Assembly: GCA_040900375.1 (NCBI GenBank)
Contig: JBBDZC010000003.1
Coordinates: 130,586-191,595, forward strand
Origin: Candidatus Anderseniibacteriota bacterium
GTDB lineage: Bacteria; Patescibacteriota; Andersenbacteria; UBA10190
Length of the DNA stretch: 61,010 nt
Reading direction: 5' to 3'
Shown one piece after another: positions 27,761 through 37,593 of the stretch (its first letter is position 1; each line of letters begins with the position of its first letter). A program made the position numbers and the translations under genes. The notes beneath the pieces are model-generated. The model made no database searches. It was not told the origin of the DNA and saw nothing but the letters and a program-made list of their open reading frames with translations.

Positions 27761-29308
27761 TTATGCAGGTTCTGGCTGAAGCGTAAAAGTTTCCACGATG
27801 GTCCGCGCCGAATTCAGTATGACCTCTTTTTGTTCATCCGCCAGCTGTCCGGTGCGATCAATCTCTGCCAGTAAGGCAGGCTGCTCTCGCTTGAGTCCCT
27901 CGCGCAGCACAGTTTCAGCTTCCCTAACCTTCTCTACCGCAATGTCATCAAACACTCCCGCTGTCACTGCCAGTAACACCACCACCTGCTCACTTAAACT
28001 CAATGGTTCGTACTGGTCCTGTTTAAGGATTTCGGTCAAACGCCTACCCCGCTCAATTCGCTGCTTCGTATCAGGATCAAGATCAGTAGCAAACTGTGCA
28101 AAAGCCGCCAATTCTCTAAATTGCGCCAACTCTAAGCGCAAGCGTCCGGCCACGCTTTTCATAGCTTTAGTCTGGGCCGCGCCTCCCACGCGGGAGACGG
28201 ACAAACCAACATTGATCGCCGGGCGAATGCCCTGATAGAACAAATCGCTCTCTAAATAAATCTGCCCATCCGTGATCGAGATGACATTGGTGGGAATATA
28301 CGCCGAGACATCATTGGCCTGCGTTTCAATGATCGGCAACGCTGTCAATGAACCCCCACCTTGTTCATCAGCGAGTTTCGCGGCCCGCTCAAGAAGGCGA
28401 GAGTGTAAATAAAAAACGTCACCAGGATACGCTTCACGACCGGGCGGGCGCCGCAGCAGCAAAGAAAGCTGGCGGTAAGCCCAGGCATGTTTCGACAAAT
28501 CATCATAGATAATAAGAGCATCCTGGCCCTTGTCCCGAAAATACTCCCCCATCGCTGTGCCAGCATAGGGCGCAATATATTGTAAGGCGGCTGGATCAGA
28601 CGCCGAGGTTAAAACAACAATCGTTGACTCCAGGGCACCCTCTTGCCGCAAGCGGTCAACGATCCGCGCCACCTTGCTCTGCTTCTGACCAATGGAAACA
28701 TAAATCGAGATCACCCCTGTCTGCTGGCGGTGCTGATTGAGAATCGTATCAATGGCTACTGCCGTTTTGCCCGTCTGCCGATCACCAATAATCAGCTCGC
28801 GCTGGCCCCGGCCAATTGGAATCATGGCGTCAATTGCTTTAAGGCCCGTCGGCAACGGCTGTTTGACCGACTGACGCGCAATTACGCCCGGCGCAATCTT
28901 TTCTACCGGGCTGGTAGCTCGCGCCATCAGCGGACCCAGGCCATCCAGAGGGTTGCCCAAGGGATCGACTACGCGGCCAACTAACTCAGGACCAACCGGT
29001 ACTTCTAAAATTTTACCGGTCAGGCGGGCCTTAACCCCCGCTTTGAGCAGTTGATCATCGCCCAAGAGAACCGCACCCACTTGGTCCTCCTCCAGATTTA
29101 AAGCAAAGGCCTGCAGCGTCTCTCCTGGGCGCTGGCTTTCGAGAGTAATCATCTCGCTCAAACCACAATTGGTCAGCCCATAAATCCAAACAATGCCGTC
29201 GCTCACGCGGGTGACAATGCCTACCTCTTGGATTTCGGGAGTTGATTTAAGATCGGCAATCGCCGCCCGCAACTCTTGTGTAAGTTCAGGAATGGAAATA
29301 GTAGACAT
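27761..29308 (-). CDS. atpA: ATP synthase F1 alpha
   Basis: [38 protein letters not shown]. Confidence 0.99.
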   Translation of the reverse strand: MSTISIPELTQELRAAIADLKSTPEIQEVGIVTRVSDGIVWIYGLTNCGLSEMITLESQRPGETLQAFALNLEEDQVGAVLLGDDQLLKAGVKARLTGKILEVPVGPELVGRVVDPLGNPLDGLGPLMARATSPVEKIAPGVIARQSVKQPLPTGLKAIDAMIPIGRGQRELIIGDRQTGKTAVAIDTILNQHRQQTGVISIYVSIGQKQSKVARIVDRLRQEGALESTIVVLTSASDPAALQYIAPYAGTAMGEYFRDKGQDALIIYDDLSKHAWAYRQLSLLLRRPPGREAYPGDVFYLHSRLLERAAKLADEQGGGSLTALPIIETQANDVSAYIPTNVISITDGQIYLESDLFYQGIRPAINVGLSVSRVGGAAQTKAMKSVAGRLRLELAQFRELAAFAQFATDLDPDTKQRIERGRRLTEILKQDQYEPLSLSEQVVVLLAVTAGVFDDIAVEKVREAETVLREGLKREQPALLAEIDRTGQLADEQKEVILNSARTIVETFTLQPEPA

Positions 29309-29309
29309 T

Positions 29310-29699
29310 TTAAGAATGCGCCTTAAGCTGATTAAGCTTGGTTTTCACCGAGGTATCGAGCTCACTGACTGGAGTATAGGCCACAAAGCCCCCCTTAAGA
29401 TCGGGGCCAATCTGATAGGTAGCAATAACCGAGGTAGCCCCATACTGCCTCTCGAAAAATTTCGTCAAGGCTGGCTTCGCCGCCGTCGGAAATTGTCGCG
29501 CACTAATAACCTGCAGGGGTAAGCGGCGGCTCGTGACAAACATCGCCTGCGCAATTTCTTGAATCATAAGTTCGGCCTCACCCAACATTTTGTACTGCCT
29601 CATCAGCGCCGCCAAAGCTTGAACGACCTGTGCTCGCGGATACCGCTCGCAAAGTTTAAGAAAGGCGCGGGCCAACTTTCGTCTGGAATATCGTTCCAT
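29310..29699 (-). CDS. atpH: ATP synthase F1 delta (short form)
   Basis: Position between atpF and atpA; C-terminal LKGGF...[12 protein letters not shown]. Confidence 0.8.
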   Translation of the reverse strand: MERYSRRKLARAFLKLCERYPRAQVVQALAALMRQYKMLGEAELMIQEIAQAMFVTSRRLPLQVISARQFPTAAKPALTKFFERQYGATSVIATYQIGPDLKGGFVAYTPVSELDTSVKTKLNQLKAHS

Positions 29700-29707
29700 A
29701 AGCCTGG

Positions 29708-30286
29708 CTAATGAGCCTGTACTTCTTGCAATGCCCGCTTTATGAGAGCGGCATCGCTCGGCGAATCAAGTTTCTGATCAATAATTTTCTCGGTGGCTTC
29801 AGCGACTAAATAGAGTGCCTCTTTTTTTAAGCCGCTGCGAACAATGTTCTCCTCTTGGGTAATCTTGGCTTTTGCCTGGGCAAATATTTTCTCCGCCCGG
29901 CGGCGAGCCTCCGTCTCGGCAGTCCGAACAATATCCCCTGCCTGCTGCTGGGAGCGACTAACAATCGCCTGGGCTTGAGTCTGCGCCTCGCGCAATACCG
30001 CCTGCTTTTCGCGCACCAGTGATTGCTTTTCCTGGGCAATAGTATTCGCCGAGCGCAGGCTTTCCTCAATCGTGGCCCGTCGGTGCTCCAAAACATTGAG
30101 AATCGGCCGGTACGCAAAACGCCGGAGTAGAAGCAGCAAAATACCAAAATTAACCACTTGGAATGCCAAGGCTCGCGCATCAAGGCCAAGCGCACCAATG
30201 CCGGCTGCCGGTGCCACTGCTGCTGGAGCAGTCTCGAGAGCGCTGGCCACGAGGGTAAATAAAAATAATATGTTCATATTCATCAC
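29708..30286 (-). CDS. atpF: ATP synthase F0 subunit b
   Basis: FQVVNFGILLLLLRRFAYRPILNVLEHRR followed by coiled coil; exact start uncertain. Confidence 0.93.
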   Translation of the reverse strand: MMNMNILFLFTLVASALETAPAAVAPAAGIGALGLDARALAFQVVNFGILLLLLRRFAYRPILNVLEHRRATIEESLRSANTIAQEKQSLVREKQAVLREAQTQAQAIVSRSQQQAGDIVRTAETEARRRAEKIFAQAKAKITQEENIVRSGLKKEALYLVAEATEKIIDQKLDSPSDAALIKRALQEVQAH

Positions 30287-30338
30287 ACCGTTGCCCGCAC
30301 TTTTTTTAAGCTTTAGCGCGGACTGACGGTAAGATCAA

Positions 30339-30566
30339 TTAGACAAACTTGAGAATAAGCGCCACCACCAGCGAATAGATGGCAATCGCCTCAGCAAAAG
30401 CTACCACTAAGATAAGAATGGTCTGCAATTTGCCCGCGGCTTCAGGATTACGCCCAATCGCTTCCATTGCTCGAGAACCAATCCAACCAATGGCTAGCGC
30501 TGGAAAGATCCCTCCCAGAGTAATCGTGAGACCAGGCATTATGACTTTGAATGTTTCTGGATCCAT
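30339..30566 (-). CDS. atpE: ATP synthase F0 subunit c
   Basis: AIGRNPEA loop; FAEAIAIY with ion-binding Glu; lacks the E-S/T Na+ signature, so probably H+-coupled. Confidence 0.97.
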   Translation of the reverse strand: MDPETFKVIMPGLTITLGGIFPALAIGWIGSRAMEAIGRNPEAAGKLQTILILVVAFAEAIAIYSLVVALILKFV

Positions 30567-30606
30567 AAAATTCCTTTATATAGACTGCTTAAGATTTAAG
30601 ACAGGG

Positions 30607-31410
30607 TTATCGACTTGGAACACTGTCGTACATAAGATGAGACGCACGTGCTGATGATACCTCATGGTGACCATCATCGGAATGATCGACCGTGGCAATC
30701 TCCAAGAAAACGAGTGTCAGCATAGTGAAGACTAATGCTTGCACTAAGCCAACGAACAACTCTAAACCAAAGAACGGCAAAGGCGCAACTAGCGGCATAA
30801 GGTAGGCGATCACTACCAGCAAGACTTCGCCGGCAAAAATGTTACCGAAAAGTCGAAAAGAAAAAGAAATCATTTTAGAGAACTCGGCGACCAGTTCTAA
30901 TAAACCCACGAAAAGTAAAATTGGATTCCAGCTGAAATACTTGCGGAGATGGCGAAATAAGCCCAGCTCGGCAATAGCGTAGATCTGGGTCATAACCACT
31001 GAGATAATCGCCAAACCAAGGGTAGTGTTAAGATCAGCCGTGGCTCCCCGCAACAGCGGCACCTCACCATTGACACCGAGCACGGTAATCGAGCCCACCC
31101 CCGGCAAGAGTCCGAGCCAATTATTAACTAGGATAAATACAAAAAGAGTCATCAGCAGCGGAAAAAATCGTAGGGTTTTAGCGCGATTATGGGTAACCTG
31201 ATCAATCAGGTCTAGTACGGCCTCACTGGTTGCTTCAACCAAGTTGGCGACCCCACCGCGGGGCCTGACTGCAACACGGCGGCCAGCCAAGTAAAAAAGC
31301 CAGAAAATAATAAGGCTGCCAACGATTCCTGCCAGCAAAGAATTACTTATAGAGAGGTTGCCGATCCTCAAAACTTCCTCTGCCGCTAATGATATGTGAA
31401 TATCGCTCAT
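30607..31410 (-). CDS. atpB: ATP synthase F0 subunit a
   Basis: NWLGLLPG, TADLNTT, SFSFRLFGNIFAGE, VQALVFTML; start at MSDIHISL. Confidence 0.97.
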   Translation of the reverse strand: MSDIHISLAAEEVLRIGNLSISNSLLAGIVGSLIIFWLFYLAGRRVAVRPRGGVANLVEATSEAVLDLIDQVTHNRAKTLRFFPLLMTLFVFILVNNWLGLLPGVGSITVLGVNGEVPLLRGATADLNTTLGLAIISVVMTQIYAIAELGLFRHLRKYFSWNPILLFVGLLELVAEFSKMISFSFRLFGNIFAGEVLLVVIAYLMPLVAPLPFFGLELFVGLVQALVFTMLTLVFLEIATVDHSDDGHHEVSSARASHLMYDSVPSR

Positions 31411-31420
31411 AAAATAATGC

Positions 31421-31672
31421 TTATTCCTTCGACACACGCCTGATTTTGCGAGCAATCGCAACACTGGACAGTACCATAGATACTATCATGCCGCCAATGA
31501 TGAAAAGGGGCGTCGTTCCTAAAGCGCGGTCAACCTTAATTCCCAGTAATATTAAAACGACGAGAGGGATCGCTAGCAACAAACCAATTTCCCCTGATAC
31601 TACCCACAGGTTAAAGAAGGCGGGACCAGATTTTTTTTCGGGGGATATATTCGGGGGTAGTACCTTGGCCAT
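31421..31672 (-). CDS. AtpZ/AtpI family membrane protein
   Basis: First gene of the atp operon; GIKVDRALGTTPLFIIGG motif; start at MAKVL. Confidence 0.8.
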   Translation of the reverse strand: MAKVLPPNISPEKKSGPAFFNLWVVSGEIGLLLAIPLVVLILLGIKVDRALGTTPLFIIGGMIVSMVLSSVAIARKIRRVSKE

Positions 31673-31727
31673 ATATAACGTTAATTTACAGGAACAGCGC
31701 CTAACAGGGTAGGAGCTATGAGCCAGC

Positions 31728-31755
31728 AGTTTAATAAGTAACGGCGCACTGTCAA
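31728..31755 (-). promoter_or_regulatory. sigma70 promoter of the atp operon
   Basis: TTGACA-N16-TAAACT on the minus strand. Confidence 0.6.
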
Positions 31756-31814
31756 GACCCCTTGTTATTGACAAAGATAGAATAAATAATCGTAATATCG
31801 TGTCGGCTGCCCCG

Positions 31815-31842
31815 TTGACATTTACCGTAGAGCGCATACTAT
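31815..31842 (+). promoter_or_regulatory. sigma70 promoter of CA-like gene 1
   Basis: TTGACA-N16-TACTAT. Confidence 0.65.
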
Positions 31843-31913
31843 GCCAGGGTCGCAAACTAATTGCGACAAGATTTATCAAGGTCGATTAAATCACAAAGGA
31901 AGGAAGTTAGGAA

Positions 31914-32342
31914 ATGGCAACTACCATGGTGCGAATTGGATGTGTGGACCCGCGTAACCAGAAAATCTTCGCGGACCTCGAACCAGCCTATCATTTTACG
32001 ATCCTCGGCGGTTCGTTAAGCTTTGTCACGATGACAGCCGTGCAGCAAGGCCTGATTGAACAAATCAAGGCACTCCACAGCGTCGTGGAGCTTGAGGAAG
32101 TTCACCTGGAGGATCATTGGGACTCCACCCACAGCGGGCACGGCTGCAAAGCCTACAACGCTCTACTCGCGGATGATTCCCAAGATGTCCACGAATGGCA
32201 CTTGAGAAAGGCCCAGCAAATTCTCCAGTCCACGCCAGGTTTGGAGAACATGACCATTCGCCTCTTTTTGCGTGATCTTGATCACAACACGGTAGTTGAG
32301 ATTCCAACTACCTCGCCCGCGTTGGCCGAACTCGCCGCGTAA
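31914..32342 (+). CDS. beta-carbonic-anhydrase-like protein (divergent, cytoplasmic)
   Basis: CVDPR (CxDxR), GGS, DH...HGCKAY; purine-rich RBS; followed by a terminator. Confidence 0.65.
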   Translation: MATTMVRIGCVDPRNQKIFADLEPAYHFTILGGSLSFVTMTAVQQGLIEQIKALHSVVELEEVHLEDHWDSTHSGHGCKAYNALLADDSQDVHEWHLRKAQQILQSTPGLENMTIRLFLRDLDHNTVVEIPTTSPALAELAA

Positions 32343-32365
32343 CCTTGTCTTGATAAAATCCTCCG

Positions 32366-32418
32366 GCGGTCCTCCAACAAATTCATAGCGCCTATTGCTA
32401 TGTGGAGGACCGCTTTTT
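32366..32418 (+). terminator. intrinsic terminator
   Basis: GCGGTCCTCCA...TGGAGGACCGC-TTTTT. Confidence 0.75.
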
Positions 32419-32563
32419 CATTGCTCGCCCGAAAAAATCGACCCTTGACAATTTCGGGGTACCGATAATGCTTATTACCTGGAAAACGGTAGCGATAGGT
32501 TATCAGCAACGTTTTCCCGCTCGTCGTTCTTTGGACAAAACCCCATATTAAGAAAGGTCTTCC

Positions 32564-33094
32564 ATGACCAGTCGCCGCCAGAAGCAAGTCAGTGTCATGC
32601 TCTTATTCCTCGCTCTCACTGCAAGCGCTTTGTGGATGCGATTTGCCAACACGCTCCCCGCTACAACAGACGCTTCTCATGAACCGGAAAGTATCATGGT
32701 CATGTGCATGGATTGCCGCTATGGCGATCCAGCGTACGTAGGCGGCATCTTCTCCACCGCGTATCACTTCACCTGCCCTGGCGGCAGCAAAGGCTTTGTG
32801 GAGAATGCAGAGGAAGTAAAACGACTCAAAGAATGGATCAAGCTGCTGCGCAGCAAAGAGAAGAATCCCCGCAAGATCATCTTCGTCGACCACGATACCT
32901 GCTTGGCCTACGGCTCTGCCGACAGCGACCGCCGCCACATCACCTATCTGCACCAAGCAGAAACCGTTATCCGCCAAGATCCATTCTTGGCCGGCTTCGC
33001 CATTGAGCTCTATCTCAATCACATGCAACGACACGAACTCACAGCTGTAGCTCATGCCCTGAAGCATAAACCTCGATCAGCCTCGACCCACTAG
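32564..33094 (+). CDS. beta-carbonic-anhydrase-like protein with N-terminal signal/anchor
   Basis: CMDCR (CxDxR), PGGS, DHDTCLAY (HxxC); basic N-terminus followed by a hydrophobic helix. Confidence 0.7.
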   Translation: MTSRRQKQVSVMLLFLALTASALWMRFANTLPATTDASHEPESIMVMCMDCRYGDPAYVGGIFSTAYHFTCPGGSKGFVENAEEVKRLKEWIKLLRSKEKNPRKIIFVDHDTCLAYGSADSDRRHITYLHQAETVIRQDPFLAGFAIELYLNHMQRHELTAVAHALKHKPRSASTH

Positions 33095-33124
33095 AGCCTC
33101 GGAGAAGCACGGCCGGCTCTCTTG

Positions 33125-33154
33125 ACCACTATCTCGGTAGAGATAGTGGTTTTT
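33125..33154 (+). terminator. intrinsic terminator
   Basis: ACCACTATCTC-GGTA-GAGATAGTGGT-TTTT. Confidence 0.8.
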
Positions 33155-33173
33155 CTTACTCCCAGCAACTGCC

Positions 33174-34382
33174 TTATTGATAGAGTGGTTCTAAGCCGGG
33201 CATGCGCTTGCCTTCCAAGTAGGCAATCATCGCTCCGCCACCGACTGAAACATGGTCGTACTTGCTCGTTAAGCGTTGCTGCTCAATCGCATTCATCGTA
33301 TCCCCGCCACCCACTACTCGAAAAGCCTTGAGTGTCGCCAAGTGTTGGGCTAAATAAATAGTTGCCGCGGCATATGCCGGGATTTCGAACTTACCGACCG
33401 GGCCATTCCACATCACGGTTTTTGCTCCCGCACACAAATCAACAAATAACTTCACTGTCGCCGGACCAATATCCCACAAGCCTTTAGTCTGTGGCGGCAG
33501 TGCCTCAACCGCCACTGTCTTAACCTCACCGCTGACACCATCTTCCGGACCAATCACCACATCCACCGGCAAAACAAACTTGTCCGCACCATCTCGCAAC
33601 ATCGTCTTCGCCGCCACAATATCATCCGCACTGTAATATTCTTCGGGGTATTTACCCTGCGCCGCTAAAAAAACATTACCGAGTTGCCCGCCGAGACAAA
33701 TTTTGTCGACCTTGGTCAGGAGATCACGCAACATACCAACCTTAGTGGAAATTTTAGCGCCGCTCGTGATCGCAATATAAGGATGCTCGGGATTAGTATG
33801 GATCTTGCCTAAGATTTTGACTTCCTCGGCAGTGCGGCGCCCCGCACACGACGGCAGCAAATAAGGCACAAAAGCAACCGAGGTATGCGCCCGGTGACTA
33901 ACACTAAAAGCTTCGTTGACATAGATATCTGCCAGCGCCGCTAGATCCTGCGCTAACTTTTGGTTGCCTGTCTCCTCTCGTTCATCCTCCCGGACATTGG
34001 GCAGCAAGATGACACTTCCCGGTTCCGCGCTTTGCACGATTGTCTCTACTTCGCTACCCGTCAACCGTTTTGTTGTCCGTATCTCTTCCCCTAAGAGTTC
34101 TTCTAACCGCCGTTTAATAGGCGCGAGGTCAAAATTACCCTCTGCCGCCTGCGGCCGCCCCAGATGGGTCAGTAAAATCACTTTGCAGCGTTTTTGGCGC
34201 AATTCATTGATGGTGGGAATCGCCGCCTCAATCCGGTAGTCTTCAAATTCATCTACCACGCCATCTTTACCCGGAGAAACATTAAAATCGACGCGTACTA
34301 AGACTCGTTTGCCATCCACCGCTACTTCATCGAGCGTCCGCAACTTTTTCCTGCCGGAGAGATCTGCCAAGCCGTCAGCCAT
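33174..34382 (-). CDS. pgk: phosphoglycerate kinase
   Basis: RVLVRVDFNV, HLGRP, HRAHTS, WNGPVG, GGGDT; start at MADGL. Confidence 0.97.
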   Translation of the reverse strand: MADGLADLSGRKKLRTLDEVAVDGKRVLVRVDFNVSPGKDGVVDEFEDYRIEAAIPTINELRQKRCKVILLTHLGRPQAAEGNFDLAPIKRRLEELLGEEIRTTKRLTGSEVETIVQSAEPGSVILLPNVREDEREETGNQKLAQDLAALADIYVNEAFSVSHRAHTSVAFVPYLLPSCAGRRTAEEVKILGKIHTNPEHPYIAITSGAKISTKVGMLRDLLTKVDKICLGGQLGNVFLAAQGKYPEEYYSADDIVAAKTMLRDGADKFVLPVDVVIGPEDGVSGEVKTVAVEALPPQTKGLWDIGPATVKLFVDLCAGAKTVMWNGPVGKFEIPAYAAATIYLAQHLATLKAFRVVGGGDTMNAIEQQRLTSKYDHVSVGGGAMIAYLEGKRMPGLEPLYQ

Positions 34383-34454
34383 ATGCTCTATCATAAGCAT
34401 GCCAGCCGTAATAAGTAAACTAGCTGCTCATGTACTCGCTAGGCTTAGGTAACG

Positions 34455-34636
34455 GAGCTTGGTGAATAACTTCAGTATCGAGCGGGGCCTGCCTGCACCT
34501 GCACCCCCGTCCGACCCGCCTTCGCTTCGGCAAGCTTCGGTAGGGCAGGCGGCTTTGACTCGGTGTACCCGCCGGAGCGGTACTGGTGAAGGCGGGGGCG
34601 GCACCCGAGTACAATAATTCATTATTCACCAAGCTC
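34455..34636 (-). mobile_element. MITE-like element, copy 2 (182 bp, perfect 15-bp TIRs)
   Basis: GAGCTTGGTGAATAA (34455-34469) and TTATTCACCAAGCTC (34622-34636); inverted near-copy of 23377-23591. Confidence 0.8.
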
Positions 34637-34644
34637 GCAAAGTT

Positions 34645-35649
34645 CTACTTGCCTAGCTCAATGACTTGTTCTACCAGACGATTTGAATAACCCCATTCGT
34701 TGTCGTACCAGGCGAGCACTTTGACCAAATTTCCACCGACCACGCGCGTCATCTGCAGATCAACAATCGCCGAATGAGGATCACCGATAAAATCACTTGA
34801 GACTACCGGTTCCTTCGTTACCGCTAACACGCCGCGATAGAGTGGATTATCCACGGCCTCTGTCAGGACTTGGTTAACCTCATCCACCGTCACTTCTCGC
34901 TTGAGTAAGAAGGTAAAATCAGAGAGAGACACAATGGGCAAGGGCACGCGCACGGCAATACCATCAAATTTGCCCTCTAGAGATGGCAACGCCTGCGTGG
35001 CCGCCACTGCGGCGCCCGTCGAGGCCGGGACCATATTAGCTGCCCCTGCTCGCCCGCCTCGAAAATCTTTTTTGCCTGGGCTATCAACGAGCGCCTGGGT
35101 TGCCGTGTAAGCATGAGCCGTGGTCAGGAGCGCCTTTTCAATGCCAAAAGCCGATTCTATGACCGCCGCCACTGGCGTAATGCAATTGGTCGTGCAAGAA
35201 GCATTGGAAATGATTGTTTGCCCCTGGAGATCCTTGTCATTGACGCCGAGCACCACCGTGGCCACATCATTGTCCTTAGTCGGCGCGGAGATAATAACCT
35301 TTTTTGCCCCCGCCACAAGGTGAGCTGTAGCGCTTTCCCTATCCGTAAATACTCCCGTTGCTTCAATAACAACATCAATTTTAAGATCGCCCCAGGGAAG
35401 AGCTTTCGGATCTTTCTCCGCAAAAACTTTAATCTCTTTTCCCCCCACCACGAGCTTGTCTTGGTTAACAGCTATATCTTTGCTGTAGCGGCCATAGATT
35501 GTGTCGTAACGCAAGAGGTACGCCAAATTTTCTGGCTCGCCTAAATCATTGATGGCCACAACCTCCACTACCTCATCCTGCTCGAGCGCAATTTTAAAAG
35601 CCGCTCGGCCAATGCGGCCAAAACCGTTAATCGCTAAACGTGTCGCCAT
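34645..35649 (-). CDS. gapA: type I glyceraldehyde-3-phosphate dehydrogenase
   Basis: AINGFGRIGR, SNASCTTNC, WYDNEWGYS. Confidence 0.98.
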   Translation of the reverse strand: MATRLAINGFGRIGRAAFKIALEQDEVVEVVAINDLGEPENLAYLLRYDTIYGRYSKDIAVNQDKLVVGGKEIKVFAEKDPKALPWGDLKIDVVIEATGVFTDRESATAHLVAGAKKVIISAPTKDNDVATVVLGVNDKDLQGQTIISNASCTTNCITPVAAVIESAFGIEKALLTTAHAYTATQALVDSPGKKDFRGGRAGAANMVPASTGAAVAATQALPSLEGKFDGIAVRVPLPIVSLSDFTFLLKREVTVDEVNQVLTEAVDNPLYRGVLAVTKEPVVSSDFIGDPHSAIVDLQMTRVVGGNLVKVLAWYDNEWGYSNRLVEQVIELGK

Positions 35650-35692
35650 AGATCACCATGTTCTTTAGGTTTAAGTATAAAGAGTCCCGCGA

Positions 35693-36691
35693 TTAAAGCG
35701 AGTCAAATTTTTCCGGGATAATATCAGTATTTTCTCGAATGAGCTGCTGCAGCCGTGGTTCTGCTAGCAATCCCTCCCGGGCGCCAATGTGGGCTACCAC
35801 CGAGGTAGAATTAGCATTTCCCCAGAGCATGGCCTCCGGTACTGATTTTCCTTTAACAATCCCGCTCAAGAAACCAGAGCCATACGCATCTCCGCAGCCT
35901 GTTCGCTCCACGACCGGCCCACGAAAGATTTTCAGAAACCAAATGTGCGTTCCATCCGAAACGTAGGAACCGTCCGGTCCATCAGTGATAATCATCAGAG
36001 GTACGCCGATTTCGTGAAAACCTTGCGCTAGTGTCTTGATATCGCGAGTGGCTATCCCTAGTACCCGCGCGCTTTCTTCGCGATTTAAGAAAAGCATCTG
36101 TGCGCGTTTGAAAAGCGGAAGGAGTAGCTCTCGCCCTAAGTTCATTTGGTGAGTACCGGGATTAAAGGCCAGCTTTACCTCCGGATGTTCTTCCAAGTAG
36201 GTCACAATGTCTGCATGTAATTTTACTACCCCCTCGCCCGAGGCCGAAGTAAGATAAATCCAGGTAGTGGGCTCCAGCGTAGGTAGTTGGTATGTTCGCG
36301 GCTCGTGGTACACAAAAATCGTCCGCTCCGCTTTAAAGTTAATGACGGCCGAAAAGTTAGTGCCGTGAACGGTGTCAAACTCGACATAACGAGTGTCAAC
36401 ATGGTTCTCCTTAAGAACATCGGCCGCGACATGACCCTGGACATCATCGCCAACAATGGTGTACAAGGCAGCACGCAATCCCAGGCGGGCGGCACCGATA
36501 GCATGGTTGGCCGCGTTACCGACTGCCGGCACATCAGTTTTTTTATCCACGGCAATCTTTTCCGCGTAGTCAAAACAGAGTCGGCAGTTTTTGCCATCAA
36601 TATCACACTGCAAACTGGCATCGCTCATTTGCAGAAACACATCTTGGGTAGTATCACCCACCGCCACCACATCAAAGAGAGAAGCAGACAT
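35693..36691 (-). CDS. PfkB/ribokinase-family carbohydrate kinase
   Basis: GNAANHAIGAARLG, FLNREE, ERTGCGDAYGSGF. Confidence 0.9.
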   Translation of the reverse strand: MSASLFDVVAVGDTTQDVFLQMSDASLQCDIDGKNCRLCFDYAEKIAVDKKTDVPAVGNAANHAIGAARLGLRAALYTIVGDDVQGHVAADVLKENHVDTRYVEFDTVHGTNFSAVINFKAERTIFVYHEPRTYQLPTLEPTTWIYLTSASGEGVVKLHADIVTYLEEHPEVKLAFNPGTHQMNLGRELLLPLFKRAQMLFLNREESARVLGIATRDIKTLAQGFHEIGVPLMIITDGPDGSYVSDGTHIWFLKIFRGPVVERTGCGDAYGSGFLSGIVKGKSVPEAMLWGNANSTSVVAHIGAREGLLAEPRLQQLIRENTDIIPEKFDSL

Positions 36692-36700
36692 AGACTTAAG

Positions 36701-37573
36701 CTACTGTACCTTAAGCTTCCCACTTGAGCCAAATACCTTCATCTTTTCAGCCACCACGGCCGCCACGGCATCGCGAGCAGGCCCAAGCATCTTGCGCACA
36801 TCAATTTTATCATGTTGTTCCGCAAAGTACGTTTTGAGCGCACGCTCCCAAGCAATTCTTAGTTCAGTATCAACATTAATCTTGCAGACATTACTCGTAG
36901 CCACGCGGCGCAAATGGTCATCAGCAATGCCTGAAGCACCATGCACAACAAGCGGCAGTGAAGGCAAGATCCTTTGCACCTCTTCTAGTAACTCGAAACG
37001 AACATACTCCTGGCCCGTAAAGGCCCCGTGAATTGTCCCCACTGAGATTGCCAGCGCATCCACATGAGTTTCCTCAACAAACTGCTCCGCTTGCTTCGGA
37101 TCAGTCAAAAAAGAATCGGGCGTACTAGCACCGTGGAGCTCCTGCATCCCTTCTGCTCCCAGAATCGCCCCCAGTTCTGCTTCTACCCATACCCCTCGAT
37201 CATGTGCATAGTCCACCACGGCGCGGGTCATCTCAATATTTTTTGGCAAAGGCAAGGTGGAAGCATCAATCATGATTGAAGTAAAGCCTGCTTCAATACA
37301 AGCCTGGGCTTGAGCCAAACTCTTCCCATGATCCAGATGTAAGATAACCGGCACATCTGCCGCGTTTGCCAAAGCGCCTACCAAGGCGGTCATGACGGTG
37401 ACGTTAACGTAATCTAAAGCTCCCTCTGACGTCTGGACAATGACTGGTGACCGCTGGGATTGTGCGGCGCCAATAATCGCTTGTGTAAATTCCAGATTGG
37501 AAGTATTAAAAGCCCCGATCGCAAATTGCATATTAAAAGCCTGGGCAAAAAGATCATGCGGTCGGACAATCAT
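36701..37573 (-). CDS. fba: class II fructose-bisphosphate aldolase
   Basis: AIGAFN, LHLDHG, SIMIDAS, VEAELG, GTIHG, VHGASG, KINVDTE. Confidence 0.95.
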   Translation of the reverse strand: MIVRPHDLFAQAFNMQFAIGAFNTSNLEFTQAIIGAAQSQRSPVIVQTSEGALDYVNVTVMTALVGALANAADVPVILHLDHGKSLAQAQACIEAGFTSIMIDASTLPLPKNIEMTRAVVDYAHDRGVWVEAELGAILGAEGMQELHGASTPDSFLTDPKQAEQFVEETHVDALAISVGTIHGAFTGQEYVRFELLEEVQRILPSLPLVVHGASGIADDHLRRVATSNVCKINVDTELRIAWERALKTYFAEQHDKIDVRKMLGPARDAVAAVVAEKMKVFGSSGKLKVQ

Positions 37574-37593
37574 AGGCTTGAGCTTAACAGCAA

